The translations under genes were made by a program, and so were the position numbers. 64,000 bases of DNA from NCBI GenBank assembly GCA_944324855.1, contig CALUXY010000001.1:11117-75116 (forward strand), read 5' to 3'. Position 1 is the stretch's first letter, and every line of letters begins with the position of its first letter. Of this stretch, positions 1 through 9,483 are shown piece after piece. Under the pieces are notes generated by a model. That model saw only the letters and a program-made list of their open reading frames with translations. It was not told the DNA's origin and made no database searches. The DNA comes from Candidatus Gastranaerophilales bacterium (GTDB taxonomy: Bacteria > Cyanobacteriota > Vampirovibrionia > Gastranaerophilales > Gastranaerophilaceae).

Positions 1-828
1 AAAGTAGTTGTACCTGTAATAAAATCGCAACAGCTTAAATTAGCAGGCAAAGAATTACCGGCTGATATTATTGTTCCTAACGGAGTTCTTATATACGGAG
101 AACGCGGTGCAGGGAAAAGTCATATGGCTGGCTCCTTAATGGAACACTTACATATAAAGGGAGTTGATACTGTAACGATTAACAAACCTTGGTATAAAGG
201 CGATACAGATGAGAATATATTTGCAATATGGGATACATTTGAAGCTGCACAAAAGAATGCTAAAGAAACAGGAAAACATACGGTCATAGAAATAAATAAT
301 CTTGATCAAATTATGGAGCATCCGGATGCGGATCTTTTAAAAACTGAGATTGCATTTCAGACCCAGCATCCGGCTTTGGATGGTGTAACTTGGGTTGCAA
401 CAACTAACAACAAAAATAAACTCCCTAATTGGATATTTGATAAAAACAGAACAAGTATAATAATGCCGCTTGGAGAAATGAAATCTGATGCTGAAACCTC
501 TGCGGCACTAAGTCATTTTATTGCACAAACTGACCGCCGGGATAAAACAGATCATGACGTAATTCTAGACTATATGAAACATAATAGTATTCGTAAACTT
601 CCGGGAAAAATAAAAGAAATTGTTGAAAATGCTGATTCCATGTTAAAGAACAAGGATTATTACGGTCAAAGCAGAACTTTTGATTCTTGGGATATTGGAA
701 GTCATAAAGAATCAATTAAAAATAAAGATATGAAAAAAGCAATAGACATTTTAGCCGAAAAGCTAAACAATGAAAATCTACAAAGAAAGCTAAATATATT
801 TGACAATACAAATTTTGAAAATAAATAA
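1..828 (+). CDS. AAA+ ATPase-like protein (5' end outside window)
   Basis: Frame 1 is open from nt 1 (KVVVPVIKSQQ...). A P-loop-like GERGAGKSH (nt 97-123) lies upstream of the first Met of the listed ORF. VIEINNLDQ sits at the Walker-B position and VATTNN is sensor-1-like. Stop at 826-828. Confidence 0.6.
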   Translation, partial: KVVVPVIKSQQLKLAGKELPADIIVPNGVLIYGERGAGKSHMAGSLMEHLHIKGVDTVTINKPWYKGDTDENIFAIWDTFEAAQKNAKETGKHTVIEINNLDQIMEHPDADLLKTEIAFQTQHPALDGVTWVATTNNKNKLPNWIFDKNRTSIIMPLGEMKSDAETSAALSHFIAQTDRRDKTDHDVILDYMKHNSIRKLPGKIKEIVENADSMLKNKDYYGQSRTFDSWDIGSHKESIKNKDMKKAIDILAEKLNNENLQRKLNIFDNTNFENK

Positions 829-842
829 TAGAGGAATAATAT

Positions 843-2108
843 ATGCAAATTACAAATAATTTATATAGTTATAATCATTCCCTAAAACAATCTTCAGTTA
901 ATCATCAAAATGTTTCGATACAATTTAAAGGGTTAAAACCTGCTGAGAAACAACAAAAAGCTGCAGGTGTCGGTATAGCCGCAGGAATATTAGGACTTGC
1001 AGGATTTGTCGGAATAAAAAGTAAACCGATTAAAAAATTTGTTTCAAAAGAAATTATACGCCCGCTTGAAAGAAAAATTTTTAAAGATAAGAATTTCCAG
1101 CAAGATACCAGTAGATTAGAAGGTGTTGATTTAGAAAAAGATTTTAGCAAAATGTTCATTGAGGATTTTATAGAACGGATAAAGCAACCTTTCCGAGAAT
1201 ACCATATGAAAGACGGTACTATTGAAAAAAAACTGGAAAATTTCCCGCCTAATGGTTATATGCTGTCAGGTCCCGACTCTAAAGCAAAAGAAGAACGGTT
1301 TAACTGGATGCTGAGCGAAATGGAAAAAGCCGGTGCAACAATAATTGATCCTGGCAAAGGTAAGAAAGCAAAATTTGATACAGTAGGTGATGGCTGGTGG
1401 GATATGTGGAATAATCACTCGGATGAAGAATTTAAAAAAACAGGAAAATTTAAAGTATTTGTAGTTCGCGGGGTTGATGAACTCGGACAACCGAAAGGTT
1501 ATCCGGAAGGATATTTAAAATACCCGGACGGAGCTTTATTAAAAGACTCTCCAGATACTGACAGCTGCAGCAGACGGCATGGGATTTTACTTTTCTACAC
1601 TTGTCGTGATGCGAACAATTTAGACCCGGCAACAAGAAGAAGTGGGCGTATTGATGTAAATTTTAGTCCACAACCGAAAGATGACGAACCACTTGAAATT
1701 TGGAAAGAATATCTGATGGATATAAAAGGGTATTCTTCACCTGTAGTTGTAAACAAATTAAACGCTGCAAAAGCTGTTCTCAGTAAACGCGGAGAAAAAG
1801 TTATGAAAGAAATGAATCCGTATTTTGAATATATGATTCCGTATGAATCTCCTAAAGTTACTGATTCATTAAAAAAATGGCAAGATTATGTAACAAAACA
1901 AAGTAAAAATCCGGATAGAGGTTTATGCAATGCTGATTTTCGCGATAATATTAAAGACTTACAAGGTAATTTATATCCGCTAAATCCGGAAAAATTTAAT
2001 AAAATACTAAAAATGATGGATGATGTTCAAGAACCTGATTACAAAGATACTTGGAGATTTATTGTCAAATGTACTCTGGAAGGACAGGATCCTTCATATT
2101 CACTATAA
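843..2108 (+). CDS. membrane-anchored AAA-like protein with degenerate P-loop (putative pseudo-ATPase)
   Basis: 421-aa ORF with AGAGGA SD-like sequence upstream. N-terminal ..VSIQFKGLKPAEKQQ.. is followed by one hydrophobic helix (GVGIAAGILGLAGFVGI). The AAA-like core has SGPDSKAKE in place of GxxGxGK[ST], plus VFVVRGVDELG and NNLDPATRRSGRIDV (compare classical AAA LDPALLRPGRFD). Confidence 0.5.
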   Translation: MQITNNLYSYNHSLKQSSVNHQNVSIQFKGLKPAEKQQKAAGVGIAAGILGLAGFVGIKSKPIKKFVSKEIIRPLERKIFKDKNFQQDTSRLEGVDLEKDFSKMFIEDFIERIKQPFREYHMKDGTIEKKLENFPPNGYMLSGPDSKAKEERFNWMLSEMEKAGATIIDPGKGKKAKFDTVGDGWWDMWNNHSDEEFKKTGKFKVFVVRGVDELGQPKGYPEGYLKYPDGALLKDSPDTDSCSRRHGILLFYTCRDANNLDPATRRSGRIDVNFSPQPKDDEPLEIWKEYLMDIKGYSSPVVVNKLNAAKAVLSKRGEKVMKEMNPYFEYMIPYESPKVTDSLKKWQDYVTKQSKNPDRGLCNADFRDNIKDLQGNLYPLNPEKFNKILKMMDDVQEPDYKDTWRFIVKCTLEGQDPSYSL

Positions 2109-2119
2109 GGGAAGATAAA

Positions 2120-3148
2120 ATGAAAATTACAAAATCAATGAATAATAACTATAATATTGTAAATAAAAATAAAAATCAGATTAATTTTAAAGGCTATACT
2201 ATAGGACCCGATGAAATCTGGACATCAACAGGGTATTCGACAAGCGGACCGGGAGGATATGTTTCAGGCTACAAAGTACCTAAAAATGCTACACCCAATT
2301 ATCCTGGTGCATATCCAAATAAATATACAAAAATATACAAAGCAGCCCCTTTTGAAATTATTCCGGAAGAAATCTATAAAACACACGACTATACAATTCG
2401 TGACGATTTAAGATTAAGTCAAATTCAAAAAGATTACAAAAACGGCTACAATAATTTTGCAAGCAACGCAGTAAATGAACAAAAATTCTTAGAATATCAC
2501 ACAAATAAATATAAAAAACAAAGTGAAGAACATAAAAGATTAATTGATGGTTATAAAAAACGTATGGAATTTACAACTAATGATTCTGTAAAACAAAAGT
2601 ATGCCATAAGATTACAAAAGCGTGAAAAAGGATTCACGGAGTCAAATAAACAAATGGAAGGATATAAAGTACCTCTTCAAAATGCAAAAGAACGTTTCAA
2701 AGTTTTAAAAGCTCTTGATGATAAAATAGGAGAAATTCATAAATCATATAGCGAAGAACAATATGAACAAAAAAAATTAATGGATTATAGAAATCCATTT
2801 ACAGAAGAAACACAAATAAAAGAAAAATTAAAGAAAATAAAAGAATTAGAATATGAACAATCTCAAGCAGTTAAAAATGCCGGCAATGATTTAAAACCAT
2901 TTCAATTTGAGCAAATTGAAGAAGAAAAGGCGGCTGTAAGAGCAAGGTACGATGTAAAAATTAACAGACTAAAAGAAGGAATAAAAAATTTAAACCAACA
3001 AATTGCTGACGGTAAAGCGGAAATTCCAAATATTATCAAAAAATGCGGCATAATACGAGAACGAATATCTCAATTATACAAAGAACTTGATAATTGCATG
3101 GCTAACGTAGAAAAACTGTATAAAGCTAAATATCCAAATTGGTTATAG
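2120..3148 (+). CDS. hypothetical coiled-coil protein with N-terminal INFKG leader
   Basis: ATG at 2120 is preceded by AAGGGAAG and lies just after the stop of the previous gene; the listed start at 2051 would overlap that gene. The sequence is K/E/Q-rich with heptad-like character. No enzyme motif recognised. Confidence 0.5.
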   Translation: MKITKSMNNNYNIVNKNKNQINFKGYTIGPDEIWTSTGYSTSGPGGYVSGYKVPKNATPNYPGAYPNKYTKIYKAAPFEIIPEEIYKTHDYTIRDDLRLSQIQKDYKNGYNNFASNAVNEQKFLEYHTNKYKKQSEEHKRLIDGYKKRMEFTTNDSVKQKYAIRLQKREKGFTESNKQMEGYKVPLQNAKERFKVLKALDDKIGEIHKSYSEEQYEQKKLMDYRNPFTEETQIKEKLKKIKELEYEQSQAVKNAGNDLKPFQFEQIEEEKAAVRARYDVKINRLKEGIKNLNQQIADGKAEIPNIIKKCGIIRERISQLYKELDNCMANVEKLYKAKYPNWL

Positions 3149-3199
3149 AAGATAAATAATTCTTATACTCTATATTTTTTTACAGAGTATAATATTGAT

Positions 3200-3955
3200 A
3201 TGTTTCATATTAAATTCATAAATAAAAAAAGAGTTATTTATTCAGATATTATTCCTGAGACAGAACACTTTTTCACAACACGAGAAACAGTAATACGCTC
3301 ATTTGAGCCTGAAATGGAAAAACTCGTAAAAGAAAACCAAAAAGATATTTGCAATTATCTTAATATTGACAAAGCAATGCTTGTATCACCAACCCAAACA
3401 CATTCTTCAAATATTAGAATTGCAAGCAAAACTTTAGATTCATACCCGAATACTGACGGGTTAATTTTAGACAATTACAGTCAGGCTGTATACTTAAATT
3501 ATGCCGACTGCACACCGATTATTCTATATGATAAAAAACATAATATAGGGGCTGTCTTACACGCAGGCTGGAGAGGTACCGCAGGAGAAATAGGACCTAA
3601 AGCCCTTGAAATTATGAAACAAGAATATTTTACAAATAATGATGATATCTACGCTGTAATAGGTCCAACAATTGCAATTTGCTGCTATAACATCGGAGAA
3701 GATGTATACGAAAAACTAAAACAAACCGTCTCTGATATGGAACCCTATGAAACATTTGTATATGATAAAATATACGTTGATTTGAAAGGAATTAATAAAC
3801 AACAACTTATTGACTTTGGAGTTCCCAAAAACAATATCGATGTTTGTCCGTATTGTACCAGTTGTAATAATGATTTGTTCTTCTCATACCGAAAAGAAAA
3901 GGGAATAACATCAAGACACAGCGCAGTGTTAAAATTAATATCACAAAATAATTAA
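3200..3955 (+). CDS. pgeF: YfiH/PgeF-family (DUF152, laccase-domain) protein
   Basis: Family-typical motifs in order: QTHSSNI, TDG, YADCTPI, LHAGWRGT, GPTIAICCYNIGEDV, and a C-terminal SYR. Confidence 0.75.
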   Translation: MFHIKFINKKRVIYSDIIPETEHFFTTRETVIRSFEPEMEKLVKENQKDICNYLNIDKAMLVSPTQTHSSNIRIASKTLDSYPNTDGLILDNYSQAVYLNYADCTPIILYDKKHNIGAVLHAGWRGTAGEIGPKALEIMKQEYFTNNDDIYAVIGPTIAICCYNIGEDVYEKLKQTVSDMEPYETFVYDKIYVDLKGINKQQLIDFGVPKNNIDVCPYCTSCNNDLFFSYRKEKGITSRHSAVLKLISQNN

Positions 3956-3962
3956 AATAAAA

Positions 3963-3996
3963 AAACAGACTTCTTAATTAAAAAAGTCTGTTTTTT
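3963..3996. terminator. bidirectional intrinsic terminator between convergent genes
   Basis: AAACAGACTT / AAGTCTGTTT inverted repeat flanked by an A-run (5') and a T-run (3'). It lies between the convergent pgeF and symporter genes. Confidence 0.6.
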
Positions 3997-4018
3997 ATTG
4001 AAAACTAAAACTTATTTA

Positions 4019-5341
4019 TTAAATAATTTCATTATAAGCTGACGGATTTGTCAGTAAATCATAATTAATTTCATTTTCATTATCAGCAATTGCCGCAGCA
4101 ACAACCGCATCGGAAGTTACGTTGATTAAGGTTCTCATCATATCTGTCAATCTTTCGATTGTAAATAAGAATGCAAAACCTGCAACCAATTGTTCCGGAG
4201 ATAATCCCATACCGTTCAGAATTAATGCGATTGTAATCAATCCTGCACCAGGAATTCCGGCACAAGTACTTGATGCAACTATTGCTAATAAAGCAATTTG
4301 AATAATCAAGAATGGTGACAACGCAACGCCATAAGCCTGTGTTAAGAATATAACAGCAACCGTTTGCAATAATGCAGTTCCATCCATACTTAAAGTTGCC
4401 CCCAAAGGCAGTACGAAACTTGAAACTTTATGAGAAATACCTCTCTTTTCACAGCAAGCAATTGTTAAAGGTAATGTTGCAGATGAACTTGCTGTCCCGA
4501 ATGCAACCATCATAGCTTCTGCAATAGCGGCATAAAGCATAAGAACAGGTACTTTCGAAAATACTTTTAAGAATAACGGATAGACAACAAATAACTGTAA
4601 ACCGAATCCTATTGCCAATACCAGCAAATATTTCGATATACTTGAGAATATATCTATCCCAAAAGAAGATACCGATACAGCAGTCAGAGCAAACACACCT
4701 GGTGCAGCAAAGAACATTATCCAATCAGTAACTTTCATTGTTGCAGCAAATACCGATTCAAAGAATGATACAATGGAGCGGTTTACATCTCCCACTTTTG
4801 CTAACGCAACAGAGAAAATCAAAGCAAATACAATAATCGGAACCATATCTCCTTTTGCTATTGATTCAAGAGGATTTTTAGGGATAAATCCGAGGAATAT
4901 ATTCAACAAATTATCTCTTTGAACTTCTATAGTATGAGAAACTTGTGATTGAATACTTACAGCCACATCAGAATTAATATAATGCGCAGCACCTAATCCC
5001 GGTTTAAAGACTAAAGCCAGAAATGCACCTATTACGACAGCAGCAATAGTTATTATACCGTAATATAAAACCATTTTTTTGCCGAATTTTCCAAGCTGTT
5101 TATTATCTCCGACACTTGTTATACCTATTACAATAGCCGAAATAACTAACGGAATAACCACCATTTGAATCAATCTGATAAACAATTGACCTACAAAAGT
5201 CAATACATTTATTACAAACGGATTCGAATGAGTATGTAACAAAGCACCGACAACAATACCGGCAACTAAACCAAAAAATATGTGCCAATTTCTTTTAAAG
5301 CCTAAACCAAGAGCTATCAGCACCTGCATGTGTAATTTCAT
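4019..5341 (-). CDS. dicarboxylate/amino acid:cation symporter (DAACS family)
   Basis: Polytopic membrane protein with SSSATLP, GATLSMDGTAL and AGIPGAG motifs typical of GltP/DctA/SstT-type carriers. Confidence 0.8.
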   Translation of the reverse strand: MKLHMQVLIALGLGFKRNWHIFFGLVAGIVVGALLHTHSNPFVINVLTFVGQLFIRLIQMVVIPLVISAIVIGITSVGDNKQLGKFGKKMVLYYGIITIAAVVIGAFLALVFKPGLGAAHYINSDVAVSIQSQVSHTIEVQRDNLLNIFLGFIPKNPLESIAKGDMVPIIVFALIFSVALAKVGDVNRSIVSFFESVFAATMKVTDWIMFFAAPGVFALTAVSVSSFGIDIFSSISKYLLVLAIGFGLQLFVVYPLFLKVFSKVPVLMLYAAIAEAMMVAFGTASSSATLPLTIACCEKRGISHKVSSFVLPLGATLSMDGTALLQTVAVIFLTQAYGVALSPFLIIQIALLAIVASSTCAGIPGAGLITIALILNGMGLSPEQLVAGFAFLFTIERLTDMMRTLINVTSDAVVAAAIADNENEINYDLLTNPSAYNEII

Positions 5342-5424
5342 TCGATAAATCCTCTCATAACATAACCATAATTTTACTCAAATATTGTACTAAATTATAT
5401 TAAATATTTCAAGTAAAATCTGGT

Positions 5425-6465
5425 TTACACTACTATTAAATCCTTGCTTTCATCAAGCACTTTTACCAATGCAGACAAATGTGCCATCAACGTTTTAAAC
5501 TGAGGTATAGTCAAACTTTGTGCACCATCTGAATATGCTTTATCCGGATTGTTATGAACTTCAACCATTAATCCATGTGCACCGGCAACAACGGCAGCTT
5601 TTGACATTGGTTCAATTAAATAACGTTTCCCTGTTGCATGACTTGGATCAACGATTACCGGCAAGTGTGAATATTTCTTTATTACAGGTACTGCCGCTAA
5701 ATCCAAAACATTTCTTGTGTAATTTGAATCAAAGCCTTTTATCCCGCGTTCACATAAAATAACGTTTTCGTTACCGTTGTATAATATGTGTTCCGCAGCT
5801 AATAAAAATTCTTTTATACCTGCTGCCGGTCCGCGTTTAAGCATAACAGGTTTATTTGTTTTACCAATAGCCTTCAATAATTTAAAGTTCTGCATATTTC
5901 TTGCACCAACTTGAACAATATCGGCATAATCGCAAATTAAAGGTAAGTCTAATGTATCCATAACTTCTGTTATAACAAGAAGTCCTGTTTTATCAGCGGC
6001 ATCCCTTAGATATTTTAAACCTTTTTCTTCTAACCCCTGAAAATCATAAGGAGATGTTCTCGGCTTGAAAGCTCCGCCTCTTAAGATTTCCGCACCTGAT
6101 TCTTTCACGGCAGTTGCAATTTCTAAAAGAGCATCAAAATCATCCTCAACACTGCAAGGTCCTGCCATTACAACAGGTTTATTATCGCCGCCGATTTTAA
6201 CTCCGTTTGAAAATTCAATCACCGTATCTTCTTTTTTACTTTCTCTGCTTGCAAGTTTAAACGGTTCTTGAATAAGTTTTACCTCTCTTACTCCATCAAA
6301 CGAGTTAATAGAATGAGGCTGAACCAAACGTTTATCACCAATTGCGGCTATTACTGTAAAAACCTCGCCATAATTTATATTAATCTTAAAATCATTTTCT
6401 TCTAAATGTTGTACAACTTTATTAATCTGAGCTTCACTTGCTCCCGGTTCCATAATTATTATCAT
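5425..6465 (-). CDS. aroF: 3-deoxy-7-phosphoheptulonate (DAHP) synthase, type I-beta with N-terminal regulatory domain
   Basis: GAFKPRTSPYDFQGL and VIVDPSH motifs of the DAHPS/KDO8PS I-beta family. It carries a ~70-aa N-terminal ferredoxin/ACT-like extension and is divergent from pheA. Confidence 0.85.
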   Translation of the reverse strand: MIIIMEPGASEAQINKVVQHLEENDFKININYGEVFTVIAAIGDKRLVQPHSINSFDGVREVKLIQEPFKLASRESKKEDTVIEFSNGVKIGGDNKPVVMAGPCSVEDDFDALLEIATAVKESGAEILRGGAFKPRTSPYDFQGLEEKGLKYLRDAADKTGLLVITEVMDTLDLPLICDYADIVQVGARNMQNFKLLKAIGKTNKPVMLKRGPAAGIKEFLLAAEHILYNGNENVILCERGIKGFDSNYTRNVLDLAAVPVIKKYSHLPVIVDPSHATGKRYLIEPMSKAAVVAGAHGLMVEVHNNPDKAYSDGAQSLTIPQFKTLMAHLSALVKVLDESKDLIVV

Positions 6466-6539
6466 ATACCTATTCTCCTTATGTATTTTATTATAAGTGT
6501 TGATTAATTCTTTGCAAATTTATTTGTTATAATAAACTT

Positions 6540-7394
6540 ATGAAAAATAAAATTTATTTTTTAGGACCCAAAACTGCATATTCGGATTTTGCAAAAGAAC
6601 AATTCATTCAAACTTTTAAATTAAATGAATATGATGAAATTCCTATGCGTACGATTACTGCGGTTATTTCGGAGATAAATAAATGGCAGAATCCTAAAAA
6701 TCTGGCAGTTCTGCCTATTGAAAATTCTATAGAAGGTATCGTAAAAGAAACCATTGATAACCTATCCAAAATCAATGACCAGAATATTAAGATTTTAGGA
6801 GAAACAGTTGTAAACATTGAGCACTGCTTAATTACTTATGCTCAAGATTTTTCACAAATAAAAAAAATAATTTCACACCCGCAGGCAATTTCGCAATGCT
6901 ATGATTATATTTACAGCAAATTTCAAGATAATATCATACTTGAATCAGAATCATCAACCGCAAACGCAGTACAAATAATTAATGAATCACATCCTGAAAT
7001 TGCAGCAATAGGAAATAAATATTCCGCAAAATATTTTGATAAACCAATTTTAGACAAAAATATAAACGATGAAAAATTCAATCAAACAAGATTTATTCTT
7101 TTAGGGATTCCGGAAAAAATTCATACAACCAATAATGACAAAACAAGTATTACCTTCTCAACAGAAAATAAATCCGGAGCATTGTGCGATATTCTAACAA
7201 TCCTTAAAGAAAACAATATAAATATGACATATATTTCATCACGACCATCAAGAAAATCTCTCGGAGAATATAATTTTTATGTAGATTTTGACGGTCACGT
7301 ACAGGATGAAACTATTGCAAAAGCGATGTTTGAGTTATTACAGCATGTAAAAACGTTTAAACATCTAGGTTCTTATCCTAAATTTACAGAATAA
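6540..7394 (+). CDS. pheA: prephenate dehydratase with C-terminal ACT domain
   Basis: PDT domain (LGPKTAYSD, NQTRFILL) followed by an ACT domain (ALCDILTIL...NMTYISSRPSRK). Confidence 0.85.
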   Translation: MKNKIYFLGPKTAYSDFAKEQFIQTFKLNEYDEIPMRTITAVISEINKWQNPKNLAVLPIENSIEGIVKETIDNLSKINDQNIKILGETVVNIEHCLITYAQDFSQIKKIISHPQAISQCYDYIYSKFQDNIILESESSTANAVQIINESHPEIAAIGNKYSAKYFDKPILDKNINDEKFNQTRFILLGIPEKIHTTNNDKTSITFSTENKSGALCDILTILKENNINMTYISSRPSRKSLGEYNFYVDFDGHVQDETIAKAMFELLQHVKTFKHLGSYPKFTE

Positions 7395-7397
7395 AAG

Positions 7398-7425
7398 TTG
7401 CAATTTGCTAAAAAAAAGCTATAAT
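7398..7425 (+). promoter_or_regulatory. sigma70-like promoter for the zinc-ribbon gene
   Basis: TTGCAA (7398-7403), 16-nt spacer, TATAAT (7420-7425). A 16-nt palindrome GGATATTTAAATATCC lies in the predicted 5' UTR. Confidence 0.4.
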
Positions 7426-7476
7426 GGCTAATATGGATATTTAAATATCCGTAATACTAAATTTAGGAGAAACAGT

Positions 7477-7749
7477 ATGTACCAAGACGAAACACTTATT
7501 TGTGAAGACTGCGGCAAAGAATTTGTATTTAGTGCCGGGGAACAAGAATTTTACGCAGAAAAAGGTCTCACAAATAAACCCAAAAGATGCCCGGATTGTA
7601 GAAAAGCCAGACGACAAAAGAACAGAAGAAGGATGTATGATGCTGTTTGTTCTAAATGCGGGGCACAAACACAAGTTCCATTTAAACCAATGCCGGGAAG
7701 AGAAGTTTTGTGTAAAGCCTGCTTTGATGCACAAAAACAAGGCGCATAA
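7477..7749 (+). CDS. small zinc-ribbon protein (four CxxC pairs)
   Basis: Strong SD (AGGAGA) upstream. Cys pairs are CEDC...CPDC and CSKC...CKAC, separated by a basic RKARRQKNRRR linker. Confidence 0.6.
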   Translation: MYQDETLICEDCGKEFVFSAGEQEFYAEKGLTNKPKRCPDCRKARRQKNRRRMYDAVCSKCGAQTQVPFKPMPGREVLCKACFDAQKQGA

Positions 7750-7787
7750 GAAATTAATATATTAGATAAAATAATTTAAACCAAAAA

Positions 7788-7823
7788 AGCGATTAACTAT
7801 GAAAATAGTTAATCGCTTTTTTC
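7788..7823. terminator. bidirectional intrinsic terminator
   Basis: 12-bp stem AGCGATTAACTA / TAGTTAATCGCT with loop TGAAAA, an A-run upstream and a T-run downstream. It lies between convergent genes. Confidence 0.65.
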
Positions 7824-7841
7824 TTATCCATAATTTAATTG

Positions 7842-8234
7842 CTAACACGTAAATGATGCACAGCTCATTCCTCCGCCGCCACCGCCGGAGAATGAAACTG
7901 CACCTCCGGAAAATGACATTGCGCCGCCAGATGATATCCCGCCCGAAAACTCTCCGCCGCCGGCATAGGCTATAGAACCTGCCGTTTCTACAGACGAACC
8001 GCTTCCGTCAGCGATTGTTGCATATTGGGAATAATCAATTATAACAGGAGATGAAAATTCACAGCTGTCATAACTTATATTTCTGCTAAATAATGATGAA
8101 TCTTGTCCAATTATAATACTCGGAACATTAGCAACCGTACCTGAAGATTCCGTTTCTCCAGAGTATGCCATTTGAGTCAATGCTCCAAATGTCTGCTCTC
8201 CCGGTTTGTAATGCGAAGTAAATCCAAGTGCCAT
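7842..8234 (-). CDS. hypothetical Gly/Ser-rich protein ending in CASFTC
   Basis: 130-aa ORF with GAGAGGA SD. The C-terminal ~45 aa are GGxxFSGG repeats ending ...GGGGGGMSCASFTC. No signal peptide is evident. Confidence 0.5.
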   Translation of the reverse strand: MALGFTSHYKPGEQTFGALTQMAYSGETESSGTVANVPSIIIGQDSSLFSRNISYDSCEFSSPVIIDYSQYATIADGSGSSVETAGSIAYAGGGEFSGGISSGGAMSFSGGAVSFSGGGGGGMSCASFTC

Positions 8235-8318
8235 ATATTACATCCTCTCACTCTTTACATATAAATAAAGTTTTTTAATAAAAACCAATTTCATGCTTTT
8301 GAGGATATGTTACATTAC

Positions 8319-8594
8319 TTAATATTTATGTTCATCATTACGGTGTAACCAGGCATAGAACCTTGTGTTTTCATACCAGTAACAGTACTTATCAAAAATA
8401 GGTTCAACCAAAACGCAAAGTGCTGCAAGTATTTTTAAAGAAATTCCGCCTAAATGAATTACTCCCATTGCAACAACATAAACCATTAGTATGTAAGAGA
8501 GCTTATGACCAAGTATCAGAGCGATGGAACTCCAATATTTGCAGATATAAACAGAAATCAAACACCCAAGAATTAATGCAATAATTTTTCTCAT
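8319..8594 (-). CDS. small hydrophobic membrane protein
   Basis: 91-aa ORF with AAAGGGG SD and about three hydrophobic segments. Confidence 0.45.
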   Translation of the reverse strand: MRKIIALILGCLISVYICKYWSSIALILGHKLSYILMVYVVAMGVIHLGGISLKILAALCVLVEPIFDKYCYWYENTRFYAWLHRNDEHKY

Positions 8595-8616
8595 AAATAA
8601 GCCCCTTTAAATAAAA

Positions 8617-8876
8617 ACCGTGCCACTACCTATCGGCAAATAACAATACTTCTTCAAAACTTGTCATCTCCTTCTTAATAATATAACACCCGCAAAGGTT
8701 GCCTTAGTGCTGCTGTGTTTCCACCCTGACACGGTTCGACATTTTACGCCATCATATATTAAGTTATCATCAATAACAAATCCCTTAGATAGCACTCCTA
8801 CAAGCCTCACAGTAGGCCCTGCACCCCGCTAAGCGTTCGGGTCGAGAGGTCCGCTATGTCCCCGTGGAGCACGGTC
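8617..8876 (-). ncRNA. ffs: signal recognition particle RNA, long (Bacillus scRNA-like) form
   Basis: Read on the minus strand, the 5' end is CCGUGCUCCACGGGGACAUAGCGG...GCAGGGCC (Alu-domain-like). The domain IV core is GUCAGGGU-GGAA-ACACAGCAGC (canonical UCAGGUCC-GGAA-GGAAGCAGC). The 3' end ...GGCACGGU pairs with the 5' CCGUGC. The segment is GC-rich, ORF-free and ~260 nt. Confidence 0.8.
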
Positions 8877-8895
8877 AAATTTATTTTAGCATAAA

Positions 8896-9483
8896 TTAGT
8901 TTAAGAGCAAAGTCTCTTTAATTTTTCTTGCCGGATAGTATTCCGGAAGTATTTTTAAACAATCATTTATTGAAGAAAGAGCCTTCTGAAAATCCTGTAT
9001 ATGAATATAATACTGACAAAACATAAAATGTAATTCAGGGTCATTATAAGTATTATTTCGAGCTTTATCAAGATACGTTTTTGCTGTTTCAAAGTATCCG
9101 TTATTCATCATAACTCTTGCAATATACTTATAAGCTTCACAATTGACAGAATAAAATAAGTCTGCACCGCCTAAAATATAAGCAACAGAATCCGCCTGTT
9201 TCGCCATCAACAAAAGATTAATATCTATTTCCAAAAAATTTCTTATTTGGAAGTATGACGGTAAAACTTCTACATACCCTTGCATGAAAGGTATTAGTTT
9301 TACAGCCCAATCAGCTCTGATTGAATCAATCTTTCGTAAAACCAATTCAGCTTCTGATAATTTTCCATCCAGCAATAAGCAGTATCCATACTCTAAATTA
9401 TAGCCGTTCTGTTTAAAATATTCCTCACAATCCTTTGTTTGGGCGGCTTCTAGTCTCTTTTTTGCTAAATCATAAGTTATCAT
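8896..9483 (-). CDS. hypothetical helical-repeat (TPR-like) protein
   Basis: 195-aa ORF overlapping the csrA stop by 14 nt. The sequence has an alpha-helical repeat character. No catalytic motif recognised. Confidence 0.45.
   Translation of the reverse strand: MITYDLAKKRLEAAQTKDCEEYFKQNGYNLEYGYCLLLDGKLSEAELVLRKIDSIRADWAVKLIPFMQGYVEVLPSYFQIRNFLEIDINLLLMAKQADSVAYILGGADLFYSVNCEAYKYIARVMMNNGYFETAKTYLDKARNNTYNDPELHFMFCQYYIHIQDFQKALSSINDCLKILPEYYPARKIKETLLLN

Noticed and set aside
2051-2119. Upstream extension of the coiled-coil ORF (listed start 2051).
   Set aside because: It would overlap the preceding gene by 58 nt. The ATG at 2120 has an SD and yields an N-terminus (MKITKS...INFKG) matching the leader pattern seen in neighbouring ORFs.
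7441-7765. Alternative ORFs (7441-7740 minus, 7502-7765 plus) overlapping the zinc-ribbon gene.
   Set aside because: Only the 7477-7749 frame has a strong SD and a coherent set of four CxxC pairs. The others are overlapping-frame artefacts.
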